Positions 1 through 15,729 of a stretch of 64,000 nucleotides of DNA are shown here, piece by piece; the first letter of the stretch is position 1; every line of letters begins with the position of its first letter. The notes under the pieces are model-generated. The model was not told the DNA's origin, searched no databases, and worked only from the letters and a program-made list of their open reading frames with translations. A program made the position numbers and the translations under genes. Source of the DNA: Flaccisagitta enflata (taxonomy: Eukaryota); NCBI GenBank assembly GCA_965153355.1, contig OZ231126.1, positions 32,426,001 through 32,490,000 of the forward strand. Reading direction: 5' to 3'.

Positions 1-1334
<1,334 letters not shown>

Positions 1335-1726
1335 CTAAATAATAAAGTCTGTTGTTGCTCAATGGTTCATGGGCGGAGAAGGCAAAAGAAAGGAGAAAGA
1401 GAACGAGGTAGAGAAACAGGAAGAGGAAGAAGCAACGATACAGATGATGAGAGGGGACGGATCAAAGGCAGAATGGCTTTACTGTTATTATGGCCCATGA
1501 TGCTTTCTAGAAACCTCGTGGTAATTGCCTTATGGGCACAAAAAGATTATTTTCGTATTGTAACGTAACAGAAATAAACTGATAAGTCATGAAGTTTTTT
1601 TTTTAAATCATGTGAAAAAAAAAGAAAAACCGGTACTGTTAATGAAAAGAAAGATGATAAAGAAATTGCAGAGCTTTGTGAATGTCACACGGATTGTAAT
1701 CACAGAACGCATGCACACGCCCAAGC

Positions 1727-1849
<123 letters not shown>

Positions 1850-2334
1850 ATTTGGCATGAAAACAAAATAAAACTCTGATCAAAAGTGGGCGTGGTGGAA
1901 GATGTAAATTTTATGTAGCAGAACCGGAAAAGGAAAAAGACATTTTTCGTCTACTTTTGAATAATGAGAAAAAGTCATGATAGAGCGCGCACACACACAC
2001 ACACATGATAGAGCGCAGAGTTGACATTAAGAAAAAACATTAAAACAATGTCTGTCCATCTCTTGATGGTAGAATTGAAGAGAGAACGAGAAATAAAAAA
2101 AAAAACAAACAAAGAATGAAGGAAAGAAAGAAAGAGAGGAAGAAAGAATACTGGATAAAGAGAGATAGAGAGATGGAGAAAGAATGATAAGTAGACAGAG
2201 AGACAAAAAGACTGACAAAGAGATAGACAGACAGACTGAAACAAAAAATGAATAAATTAAGTTTAAAGGGAGAGAGAGAGAAAAACGAAAGACACAAAGA
2301 AGGAAAGAAAGAAAGAAAGATGCGAAAAGAAGAG

Positions 2335-2397
<63 letters not shown>

Positions 2398-2632
2398 AAA
2401 CCGGTAAAGAATTGGACAAGCGCAGAGGAAAGTGTCTAAATAGCAAAGAATGGGACAAAAAAGTGGAAGAAGAAGAAGAAGAAACACAGAAAAAAAAGAA
2501 TAACTCTTTAAAAAGAAGCTACTAAAAGAGGGAAGAATGATAAGAAAAGGGAAAGTCCGTATTTTACGAGCTTCTAGATAAGAAAAAGAAGGTTAAAGAC
2601 TGTTTTCCCCGAGAGACTAGTCAATTCCAGAT

Positions 2633-2932
<300 letters not shown>

Positions 2933-4520
2933 ATTCCTGAGGTTCATCCAACTCAAGAGATACGAAATGGAGACGGAAACGACAAAAAATGGCTCCGAGA
3001 ACGAAAAAAGACAGAAGACTGAAATGGACAGAAAATAAGTACAAAGGATGAGGGGGACAAAAAATGGCTCTGAGATCCAAAAAATACAGAAGCTAGAAGA
3101 CTGTTCAAAATGGACAGAAAATAAGTACAATGGATGAAATGGACTAAAAATGAACCAAATGACGATAAAAATACAACCAAAACAATCAAACAAACAAACA
3201 AACAAACAAACAAACAAACAAACAAACAAACAAACAAACAAACAAACAAACAAACAAACAAACAAACAAACAAACAAACAAAAGATGAAGTTTAAAAACA
3301 ATCAATAATGATAGTAGGAATATTTCAGAATTTTTGAACTGCTTTGTTAGAGAGTTACCGATTGGGAAAAAGGAAACTCAAAGATATTAGTGAGTAGCAG
3401 AGCCAAGATTGAAAAGATAACAAGAAATGCGACGCTTTTGATAGTTTGCTTGGCAAAAACGGTGTCGAGGCACATGTGAGGGTGCTAGCTAATCGCTGGC
3501 ATAACTGACCGGGAAAATCGCGCGAGATATTTGGGCATAATGGGCCTTAATACGGGGACGCATGAAAAATAAAACTGAATGTAGATCGACTGGGGTATCG
3601 AGTGGTGCATTTGAAGGGTGCCCTAGAGTATTCGAAGGAATACTGTAAGGTAAGATGGCGAGCGAGGGGCAGCTAAAAGTAAGGAAAAGTGAGGAAAAGG
3701 TGTATGGGGGAATAGTCGCAAAAGCATTACATGGTCGGTGGTACCCGATGCCCCTTTGTGAGTGTATGAAGGGATGAGATGGGGAGAGGGGCATGGTATA
3801 TGGAATATGGTCTTGAAAACCTAATTTGGTAACCAAGGGGCCTGATTCGAGGTCGGAGATAAAAGATATTAGGTCTTGGAAGCCTAATTTGAGGCCAGAG
3901 CTGAGTGGAGTGGAGTGGAAGGGAGGGTAAGGTTTGGGAAAAATTAGGGACAAGTTGGAAATGCAACGGGTGAGAAAAGTAAGGAAAGGGGAGAGAATCT
4001 CTACAATTAGTGAGGGGTAAAGATAAAGAAAAAATATAATAAGTAGGTATCCGACAGAAAACCCATACTTCCCACAATGGCAAGGAAAACTTCGTAAATA
4101 GGAAGGGAGCTGAGAGAAGAGTGGTAAGAAGGGAGGCGGATAGGTAGAAAGGGATCAGAGGGGGGGGGCGTGGTAGGAAGGGAGGGGGGGGGGTTGTACC
4201 CGTGGGAAAAAAGATCATAAAATTGTGAAATGGGAAACGGAAGTGCAGATTTTCCGTTGAATCGCGGCGCAATTTTCACCGTTGAAGCCGAAATCGTGGT
4301 TCCGCCGATCAGCCGAACCGCAGTTTTGGCGTGTTTCCAAGGATGACAATAATCACCATGCCCGTGTATTGCACTTTCAAAGACAACACATATTTTTGAT
4401 TTTCAACCGTCCCACGAGTGAGTGAGCCCATCAGTTGAATGAGCGAGCAGAGCGATTTTATCAAAGCAAAGCAATGTTGAGTGATTGAGGGGAAGCGATC
4501 GAATGTAGCGAGCGACTGAG

Positions 4521-5151
4521 AGGGTGTTTCTACAGTCAGTGGACAAAACAATATAGGTATATATATCATACCGTTGGCTTTGATTCAAAATACTGCTCAT
4601 AAACAAAATATTGTATGCAACAACCAGTTGCTCAAATTACAGCCGGCTGTAACAAACAAAATGTTGTATACAACAACTGGTTGTAAGAATTACAGCCAGC
4701 TGTAATGCTCTAATTTTGTAATATTACAGCCGGGTGTAATTTCAACAGCTAGTTGTTGCATGCAACATTTTGTTTATTATCAGTATGTTGTTTAAAAGTC
4801 AACCGTATAATATATACCTATAGTGTTATGTCCACTGACTGTCTAGTCACTGACAATCGCGTTTTTAATGGGCAACTCAGTCGCTCACTATGTTTGTTCG
4901 CTCGCACCGCTCACTCCGCTCACTCGCTATGCAGCGCTCCGCTTTGCTCCGCTTTGCTCCGCTTTGCTCCGCTTTGCTCCGCTTTGCTCCGCTTTGCTCC
5001 GCTTGCTTCACTCGCTCGCTCCGTTCAGGGGCTCGCTCACTCACTTCGCTCACTCCCTCGTAGGACAGTTGAAATTCTTGAATATGTGTTCACGCTGTTA
5101 TCGCGTTTCACTGGAAGAAACGCGTTTTGACGGTCACTAGAAACACGCCCT
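4521..5151. mobile_element. Non-autonomous TIR element with internal (GCTCCGCTTT)n, interrupted by a nested MITE
   Basis: Left end agggtgtttctagt...cgcgttt and right end aaacgcg...actagaaacacgccct are inverted. An uninterrupted left end recurs at ~42651. Confidence 0.6.
4533..4841. mobile_element. MITE with CAGTCAGTGGACA TIRs
   Basis: cagtcagtggacaaaaca...tgtccactgactg; flanked by TCTA on both sides; same family as 31328-31833. Confidence 0.85.
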
Positions 5152-5288
5152 GAGTGCAGTGGTCCTTTATAAACGCGATTGTCACGTGTAGAAACAGGTT
5201 CCAACTCCATTCAGTTGAGAGGCGGTTTCAACCGTTGAGCTGGAAAGCAGTTTTCCAGTTTAAGCGACGATTTCCACAATCGGCAGGT

Positions 5289-5600
5289 ATTCAAACTTAT
5301 GCCAATGACGGGAAACAAATGTGGAATGTCACCTGGGCGAGGAAGAGGGGAGATTCAAAGTTATGCCAATGACGGGGAAACAAATGTGGAATGTCACCTG
5401 GGCGAGGAAGAGGGGAGATTCAAAGTTATGCCAATGACGGGAAAGAAATGTGGACTGTCACTTGGGCGGGGGGGGGGAGATTCAAAGTTATGCCAATGAC
5501 GGGAAAGAAATGTGGAGTGTCACGGGGGGTGGGGGAATCTAAACTTATGAAATGACGGGAAAGAAATGTGGAATATCACTTGGGCCGGGCCCCCCCCCCC
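5289..5600. repeat. About 69-bp minisatellite, ~4.5 copies
   Basis: Repeated attcaaagttatgccaatgacgggaaa...tgtggaatgtcacctgggcg. Confidence 0.9.
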
Positions 5601-8116
5601 CCCGGATTCAACAGGGATCAGAGTGGAATTATGCAGGAGACGTCGTGGAGGAATTTCATAAAGCATGTTGATTTGGAAAAAAGTCGAAGAGACGAAGTCC
5701 CTTCGGTCTTTTTGAGTCCTGCAGAGAAAAACGGATTTCCCTTTGTTTTATGAGGCGTTTGGGCAAGTTGGTGCATTTTTCGGGCAAAGCGAGACTACGC
5801 ATGAAATCTATAGCTAAGAAAGAGCTAATTCTCCTCTTTCAGATGACGCCAAGCAGAATTCTGTGCGATTGATAGTTTTGGAGCTATGATTTTTTAAATC
5901 TTTTAATATTTTTTTGCATTTTTCACATTTTTCTCAAAAACGAGGAATTGAGTTAATTGAAGTCTATTTGAACTTTGAAATGTCCCAGGTGATGATTGTG
6001 CATCCTGGCAGCACAGTCTCTCTCTCATTTCAACTCTGGACTCTATGAGAGGCTTTGTCTGTCAGTCCATCCATTGGTCTGTTGGTCCGTTTGTCCATCC
6101 GAGTGGAAAAGTGGAAAAACAAGCGGTCTAGATGCTTGTGTGTGGGGGTTGGGGTTGGGGTGTGGATGGGGGTTGGATGCCTCTCTTTCAAACTGAGAAA
6201 CACATGTAGAGAGTGGAAAAAACCAAAAATGATGCCAAAAGAAAAAAAAGGCAATCAACCAGACAAAACACAATCACAAAAAATTCCAAAACATCGCACT
6301 TACGACTTTTTTCCTACGGCGAGAGCCGCCTTTATTGGTAACAGGAAATAGGAATAAGAATGTGAACTTCACATTGTGAAGTGACACTAAGAATGTAGAA
6401 AGGAGCAAAGATAAATGTCAGCGCTGAGTGACATGAAAGAAAACGTCGCTGTCATCCTTAAAGATAGATTTTTAGGTGCGACAAAGCACCTCTATAACTG
6501 GCTGCGTCCGTCGGTTGGTCGGTTGGTCGATCAGTCAGCCGGTCGGTCTATCAGTCGGGTAACGCATTCGTTCGACGATCCACATATCGCACCTTGTTAG
6601 CCTACTTGGCCTTGAAGTTGTATCATTTGGGTCTGATATGGTCAAAGAATGTGATCGAACCAAGACAGCAAGGGGTGACATATGACTAAATGCCCTCCAA
6701 TACTGCTTGCAGGACATGTCGTCAATGTTACATACATCACGAACTAATGCCAAACGACAGCCAGTAATGTCATGAGGGGGGGGGGGGTCGGAGAGAGGGG
6801 GGGTTACCAGTAAACACCGGCGATGGAAATCAGATTTCAATCCGAAACTAAGCTTCAAATGACGGGAAAAGCTCAGATTCAGACAGAAAGAATTTGCCGT
6901 TTGCTCTTTCAATTTCTGCTCTTACGATTCATTCTATGCTTGAATTAAATGCCGCATGTTTGATATCGTAACCAGAAAATCATGCTCATGCGCTCTATCA
7001 TTTGAAGAAATGGATATAGAAATTGGTCAGAAGCAAAAAAAAAAAAAAAAAAGAAAAAAAACAAAAAAGAAAGAAAAAAAAAAAAAAAAGAAGAAAGAGA
7101 AAAAAAACAACCGATAATCAGTGTGCAGTAAATGAATAGATTGATCGAAAGCTTAGCGCGTTATTCGCGAAGATCAGAAACGCTAAAAAGAAGCTGGTCG
7201 GATATGGTCACACCTGTTGGACTAGAGATGTGGAAGTGGTTTAGTTTTATGCCGCTTCCACCACTTTCCCTCCGATTACGCTGCCATTTATCAAATACTG
7301 TTAGATTTCCCATCCACCAAATTAGATGTTGCTTCCACATCACCGTTTCACCGTTTCTCCACCTCACCGCTTCCACATCCCATCAAACGATCTGACATGG
7401 ACTGTAAACCTCAAAAACAGAAGGAAAGCTACTTTGAGAAAAGCACATCTAGAGTTTAAACAGACAAACGGACGAGGAGGAAGCACCATCACTAAGAATC
7501 TCCAGCACACGCTTAAAAATGAAAGAAATCAGGGTTAAGTGTCGACCTTGGAACACTGAAAGGTGAGAGAGTGGAGGAAGAGGAAGAGTGAGAGGAAGAG
7601 AAGGAGGAAAGGATGGGGGAAGAGGAGGAACTGAAGGAGGAAGCCAGGCGGCGATAGAAGCATAATCGTCCAAAGTCAGGTGATGTATGGACGGCAGGGT
7701 AAAGCAGTTAACGTCCACCCTTGATTTTAAAGTCTAGGCAGGCATTGGTTAACGTGTGCGTGTAGCGTAAGGTGGAGAATATGAGCGATGAGAATGAAGC
7801 GAGAAAAGTGAGCAAGAAATGCTATGGGAATGAGCAGGCTTGGGCAAAATTGGAAGGGACAGTGAAGAAAGGTAAGTAATGGAAATTTGTAGGTGAAGGA
7901 TTTCAGTTAGTGACGCTGAAAAGATGGAAATCCGCAGGTAATGGATACATCAGTTAGTGACAGTGATTTAAGATGAGTGATGGAAATCTGAAAGTGAGTT
8001 ACTGACAGTGAAAAAAAAAGGTGAGTGATGGAAATGGGAAAAAGGTTTAAGCCTCAACGTCGGTCAATGAGGGTTTTGTCGAGTCAACCGGAAAAGACCG
8101 TTGACAGCAAGGTTGA

Positions 8117-8212
<96 letters not shown>

Positions 8213-9690
8213 CTGACGGGGGGATGAACGGACTGACGGACGGAATGACAGATGGAAGGACGAAAAGTCCCCCTGTGTTCTACAGGACTTCGTCCCCATT
8301 GGGGCTGCTACCCCCCCCAAACAAAACAAAACAAAACAAAAACAAACAAGAGAGACGGAAAGAAAAACGAGAGAAAGACAGAAAGATAGGAAAGAAAGAA
8401 AAGGCGGCGTTTTTTGAATATAGGAAGGCGAATGAGGAGGAAGAGAAAGGTACAGGAGAAGGAGGCGGCAACTGCAAGCGGTCGAAGGTGCGTCAAGCGT
8501 AAAAAATTTCCAACCTTTGGCGAGTTTCTCGTTGCCCCGTTGAAAACCCGAAAGATGGGAGGGGGCGGTGGAGGCGGTATTGGAGGATGGGAGGAGAATG
8601 AGGAGAAAGAAGAGACAACTGGAACGTGTTCTTCACTCGTAAATCAGGGCGAAAAAAAACTTCCTTTTCCACGATTTTTTGTTCTTTAGTTTTCCTCACC
8701 GAGAAGAAAATCACCAATTTCTAGGTTGCTCCCCAGAAGAAAGGAGGAGTAACGTACTCGTTCTAGTTAGCGCCCCGGAGGATTTTGAAATGAGGAAATG
8801 ACATGGCCCCCTTCATAATTTTAAACGAAAATGTTTGGTCATTCAGTGAATTTTGCAAATCTAAATCCTCTCACATGTGAGTATATGAAAAAGTTGATGA
8901 ATGCTTTATGATTTCTTGTATCTAACGCAAATATTTACTGGAAAAAGCATTTAAAAAGGTGTTTGGAAAAAATTTGAACGTAAAAGTTCCCAGAAGAATC
9001 TCAAGAAATCAAGGAAGAAATGAGGGGGGGCTTAAATGGAGCTGGAGAGGGCGGTAAACAGAGCAAATACGGTAGTAAGTGGGGCTTTACAAGACAGGAA
9101 AAGAAAATACAGATGGGAAGAGATAACGGGAAGACGGGGTACAAAAAAGAACAAGTGACACAATATCGTTGCGAACGGGTGGGCAGGGGCGTGTAAATTT
9201 GCTTCATGCTTCATACGTAAAACAGCATCTAACCACCGCAAATGAGATACAATACATTCAGGCGTATCTCAGTAAATATTGGAAGCACGCGGTTTACAAG
9301 CAGATTCGTTAAATAGATTCAGATCCGCTAAATAGCAGTACATGGGAATGCTAGAAACTGCTACCAAATATGTTTCACTTGTCGATGAAATAGGGCTTAA
9401 CGGTTATTGTTCCAATGAAGAAAAGTTGACAGGATTATTTGGTTGAATTTGCTTGAAACTTTATCAAACAACCTATTTTGAGTTTTAAAGAAAAGATAAT
9501 TTCTGAAAGTATAAAGGAAAATATCTGAAAAGCAAAAACATAAGGGTGGTCCATGTTTTAAAGATTATGAATCTAAAAACCGTTGCTTTGATGGTTCAAT
9601 TTACGACTAGATTTTGATGTTTTGGAAAACTACAATATGTAAATCACTGATACGGTCATTGTTTGCACGAGGTACAGAAACTCACTCACA

Positions 9691-9819
<129 letters not shown>

Positions 9820-9952
9820 CACACCCCTGTCACCCAGGCTAGAATTAGAGAAAAGAGGCAGAATGAAAAACTAGGGGAAGAGGGTGGGATTCCCTTTGAG
9901 AATGTTTATACCTGTCTTGAATTTTCTTTAAGTCAAATTTGAAAAAAAAAAA

Positions 9953-10355
9953 ACAAGTCATCCAAGGATTGCACATGGTCAGCGGTACCCGATGCCCTGC
10001 TTGGAGTGATAGCTGAAGAAGAAGAGTGAGAGCAGCACAGGGTTGAATTTCCATACTTCCTGAGAGGGCATATTTGAGGCCTTTGGAGCAATTTTCCATA
10101 ATATTCAATAGGAGTTTCGCATTTTTTTTAATTTCTCATCAATTTGTCATGTTATTCAATGGGAATTTCATATTTTTTTCATTTTTCATCAATTTCCAAT
10201 GTTATTCAATGGGAAGTTTGCATTTTTTCAATATCCCATGTTATTCAATAGGGATTGAGGCTTGAGAAGATTTGGGGGGGGGGATGGACGGACGTATGGA
10301 AATTCACCCCTGTGTCCTACAGGACATCGGCCCTTTGGGGCCGCTGCCCAAAAAG
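9953..10355 (+). mobile_element. Family A HINE/DINE-1-like non-autonomous element (short copy)
   Basis: Starts aacaagtcatccaaggattgcacatggtcagcggtacc and ends acaggacatcggccctttggggccgctgcccaaaaa; same ends as 35894-36722. Confidence 0.7.
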
Positions 10356-10501
10356 GGATGAAAGAAAACTTTGCAGATGGCTCGGGTGGGATTTGCAGGA
10401 TCTGAGCTGATGGTCTAACTAACTCCTTTGGATTGATCGATTTAACCCATTAGCGCTGAAACAACTCAAGTTCAACGGGTCCGAAATTCATAATGGCAAA
10501 C

Positions 10502-10648
<147 letters not shown>

Positions 10649-11605
10649 CGTGATGCTTTCTTTTTTTAAAATCTATTTTCTGCCTTTCATTTTCATCTCA
10701 TCTTCATTCTTCAATTGCTTCCATTGATCGCTGCCATTTCAACCCTCCTCATCCTCCTCCTCCTCCTCCTCCTCCTCCTCATCATCATCATCATCATCAT
10801 CATCAATAATCTTTACTTAGTTCGGCGTTAATCTTCACAACAATTCTTTATGATTTTTTCCTCTTTCCCTCGTGTATGATTATCATCTCTTAATCATTAT
10901 CTTTCTGATGCTATTATTCGATGATAAAGCTCATTTATTGAAGTTTTTTTCTTTGCATCTAATTCCCATTTGCTTGGTTCGTGCATTACGCTTTAGTTAA
11001 TCATCCTCTGATTGGTCAATTCTTGCGCTGTTGGTTAGTAACGTGATTTACGCTTCAGTTTATCATCCTCTGATTTGCAGATGCTTTTACATTCTTGGGA
11101 AGAAAAAATGAACAAGAAAAAGGTTCCATGATACTATAGTAGCAATAAAGACTTATTATGATACAATGACACCTTACTCTTCAATTCCATAATTTTGGAT
11201 TTAAAGAGATAAATCATCTCTAATATTGGAGGGTTTCTATTGCTGCATTATATTTCATGATAAGTTCATGATTAAAGTATCACAACATGTAATTTTCAAT
11301 AATATCATACATATTTCAAAACAGAGAATTAGCAAATCATATTCAATGACAATATTGGTGGATTTTCTTTGTTACATTACTTTTCCCAGTATATCCATGA
11401 ATAAAGTGTCACAACATGATAATTTTATAATAGTATTTATATATCAAAACTCAAATGTGGCATGTGGTTATTTTCCAAGATCGTATTGATGATTTTTCAC
11501 TTAACTGGCGCATCAACATCAGTGTCCAAGATAGTATTCATTATCTGTCACCTAACTGGTGCGTCAACAAACTAAACTTCCTTGTCCAAGATAATATTCA
11601 TTATT

Positions 11606-11792
11606 TCTAGTCGCATGCACGCGACTCTACAACCCGCTTTGTCCGTCTGTCCATTGGTAGGTCGGTCACGTCTTACTTTTTTTGTGATCTTATTAACTGA
11701 CCCCACTGCTCCTGCCCATATAGTCTAGTGACCTCAAATATGGCCCCTGCCCACCCGCATGTGACTTTGGTAGCCGTGTATCCGGCCTTGTT
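11606..11792 (+). mobile_element. Family B HINE-like element (AGTCGC..GCGACT hairpin, GTCC/GGTC microsatellite)
   Basis: Homologous to 24303-24519 and 53914-54110 (minus); it interrupts a ~60-bp tandem repeat spanning ~11500-11945. Confidence 0.7.
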
Positions 11793-13635
11793 TATGTGAA
11801 TGGCACATTAATATCATTGTCACATGACTAGCATATCAACATCATTGTCCAAGATAGTATTCATTATTTTTCACGCAACTGGCGCGTCAGCATCATTGTC
11901 CAAGATAGTATTCATTATTTGTCACGTAACTGGCGCGTCAACGTCATGATTTTCTCAGCATCGTCCGTCTTTTTGCGCCATTAAGCAGAATAGAAAATAT
12001 CGATCAATGAAAAAAAAATGTCACGCTGAGAAATGCCGCATCTTATCACTGTCATCTCTGCTCCACTCTGCTGAATCACTGCCATTTCTGCTTTATCACT
12101 GTCATCTCCGCTACAGTCTTTTATCTAATCACTACCACTGCTGTTCTATCACTGTCATCTCCATAACAGCTTGCTTTTGACACTGTCATTTCTGTCACAG
12201 CCTGCTCATTCTTTCTCCGTCGTTGGCATCTTCTTTGTCACTGTCCTCTCCTGCTTCGTCATTGTCTTTTCCTTCTTTGTCACGGTCCTCTTGTGCTTTG
12301 CCATTGTGTTTTCCGTCTTTGTCATTGTCCATTCATTCTTTGTCATTGTCTATCACTACGTCACTGCCCTCTCCTGCTTTGTCATCGTCTTTTCCTTTTC
12401 AGTCACTGTCCTCTTCAGCGCCTGCGTTGTCGTCTCCCTCTATGCCTATCCTCTCCTGCTTTGTCATTGTTTTTTCCTTCTTTGTCACTGTCCTCTCCTG
12501 CCTTGTCATTATCTTCCCCTCTCCGTCACTGTCGTCATCTGCTTTGTCATTGTCTTCCCCTTCTCCATCACTGTCCTCATCTCCTTTGTCATTGTCACTC
12601 GGCCAATATCACTCGAGCAGATTCTGCATCTTGTCATTGTCAAATGATCTTACTGTGACTGTCAACAAAATCTGTTGATTCTCCCCCCCCCCTCATCTGG
12701 TTCTCCCCACTGGAAATGTTTACCATTCTCAGTTGAACTCATTTCGTTTTTTTTAGGTTTTAGGTTAGATGATTCCTGCTTACTAATACGAGATTGGCAC
12801 TACTGTTTATACAATCATATTTTAAGGAGGTTGAAGGAGTAAAGAAAAACTATCCCATCGTTCCCATTTTTCTTGCCCCTCCTTTCTATTCCCTGTCAAA
12901 AAAATAAACATCTTCGTCATTCCTACCCGAACCCAACCGTCCTAACCATCCCTGCTCTCCCATTAGAACGATCCTACTCACTTTTACCCCCGACTTTTCA
13001 TTACTACTTCTACCTACCCCCTTCCATCAGTCCATCTTTTGAACCCCTTCCCACCTCTCAATTCTCAATAAGCTTACCGTTGACAATAACACCTGTTGAA
13101 CATTTAGGCGGAAAAAGTTATGCTATGGTTTTCATAGCAAGTAAAGCTCCAGTAATATGAGATTTATCCTAAAGATAGCTAATTTGTAGTATTTTTGTGT
13201 GGTAAGATGAATTGATTTCATATTATTTCATTTGATGATAAAATCAGCCTAGATATCCTAATTGCAATGTCGAAATGTCACCATTTTCTCATGGGTTTAT
13301 GTTTTCAGGAATTGCTATTCATTGCAAGCCGTTTAAAGCCGTGACCATGACATTGGATGTTTTCCAAATTTATGAAGTGATGTCATTTGGAGAAGTTTTA
13401 GGACTTATGATAGCAATCATTGCACTTAGTCATAGCCTAAGTAATCCTAGTTCGCCTAAATGTTCGACAGGTGTTAACCTTAATTCCCTGGCCTCGCCCA
13501 TCTTCCCATTGTCCGTTTCCTAATTCTTACACTCCCCTCTCCGTTCCCACTTCCCACCCACCATCTTTCATTTTCCTTATTTCTTTAATTCCGCCTCCCT
13601 TTCCGGCCATCCCATTAATCATCTTGCACGGTTCC

Positions 13636-14100
13636 CTCTCTCACGCTTCCCTCCCCGCCATTTTCCATTATCCTCAATTCTCCAGCTTCACCTCCCTCTA
13701 TCAGCACTCTCTCACGTTCCCTTCCCCGCCATATTCCATTACCCTCAGTTCTCCAGCTTCACCTCCCTCTATCAGCACTCTCTCACGTTCCCTTCCCCGC
13801 CATTTTCCATTACCCTCAATTCTCCAGCTTCACCTCCCTCTATCAGCACTCTCTCACGTTCCCTTCCCCGCCATATTCCATTACCCTCAATTCTCCAGCT
13901 TCACCTCCCTCTATCAGCACTCTCTCACGTTCCCTTCCCCGCCATATTCCATTACCCTCAGTTCTCCAGCTTCACCTCCCTCTATCAGCACTCTCTCACG
14001 TTCCCTTCCCCGCCATATTCCATTACCCTCAGTTCTCCAGCTTCACCTCCCTCTATCAGCACTCTCTCACGTTCCCTTCCCCGCCATTTTCCATTACCCT
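13636..14100. repeat. 71-bp minisatellite, ~6.5 copies
   Basis: Unit ctctctcacgttcccttccccgccatattccattaccctcagttctccagcttcacctccctctatcagca starts at 13707, 13778, 13849, 13920, 13991, 14062. Confidence 0.95.
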
Positions 14101-14275
14101 GTTTTCTCCGACCCTTGTTCTGACTCAACACTTGAACTCTTTTTGTCACTGTCGCTTTTTCTCGGCTTTTCTCGCCTCTTCTGTTCCCGAATCCCTTCCG
14201 TGTTCTCATATCTTGTCCGTCAATGTCACATGGGCAAGCTCACTGCCACTGCCTCTGTCTCTGTCTCTGTCTCTG

Positions 14276-14450
<175 letters not shown>

Positions 14451-14854
14451 GCGTATTTACGTAATTCCACTCATTCAGTACCAAACTTAATTTTAATCAA
14501 ATATTTGCTTCTGATGTATTTCTATAACTGTAGCGTACAAAACACGATTCGTGGTCCCAACGTGTCGGGTACACCAAGGCTACCATCTTTTATATTCCGG
14601 GTCGGCGGACATTGTCTAGCATACTAGTACATTGGGCTATGCCCGGCCTTCAAAAAGTTTCGGTGGAAGGCAACATTTTCAATGAAATGATTTGAGGATT
14701 CCACATACGGAAAACCAAAACTTGTCTCGAATTTACACTACGTCATAGCGTATGAAAAAAAGAAATTCACATTGTAATGTAATTGTAAGGTTACAAATGG
14801 TAAAATCGTGATTAGAAGTGAACATCCTGCATAAAACTACAATATGCAAATGTG

Positions 14855-14927
<73 letters not shown>

Positions 14928-15207
14928 CTAATTCATACATGTCTTCTGTTCCCACCGGTGTAACCTCAACTCTGGTCAGAGCTTGTTCTTCTCTCTCTCA
15001 GCTTGTTCTTCTGTCCGCGCTTCGATTCATCTCGATTTGTCTGTGCCAAAATCTGTCGGTAAACAGAGTGGGTCTCCTTCACTAGAGAAGGCGACGTCGA
15101 TGACAACGACGGTGAGGACGACGACTATGAAGACGATGACGATTAAGACGACGAAGACGAGGAAAAAGACAAACACGATTGTATCAACGACAACAATGAG
15201 GACAAAG

Positions 15208-15319
<112 letters not shown>

Positions 15320-15646
15320 CGAAGATGACAAAACAACAACAGTTACAAAGACGACGACGACGAAGAAGAAGAAAAAAAAGAGTAATCAGTGACCCAAATC
15401 ACTTCCAGGAAAGTTAGAACCATGGCAACTCAAGGAACAACACACGGCTCCCTGCACCCCGGATTCTACGATAATCAGTATTTTGATATATATCGAATGT
15501 ACTTAACTTGCACGTATCAACAACGGTGAAATTAATTTGGGAATTTTCGACAAATGCTTTTGCCTTCATCAGCCAGATCGAAATGGGAAAGAAATCAGAA
15601 GATAGAATAAGGAAAGGGAGAGAGAGAGAGGAGATGAAGAGGAGGG

Positions 15647-15729
<83 letters not shown>

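Noticed and set aside
7132-7720. Short unique-looking minus-strand frames (also ~27450-27870, 32040-32280, 52260-52820) as exons or TE protein remnants
   Set aside because: No recognisable motifs and frequent stops; would need BLASTX to support.
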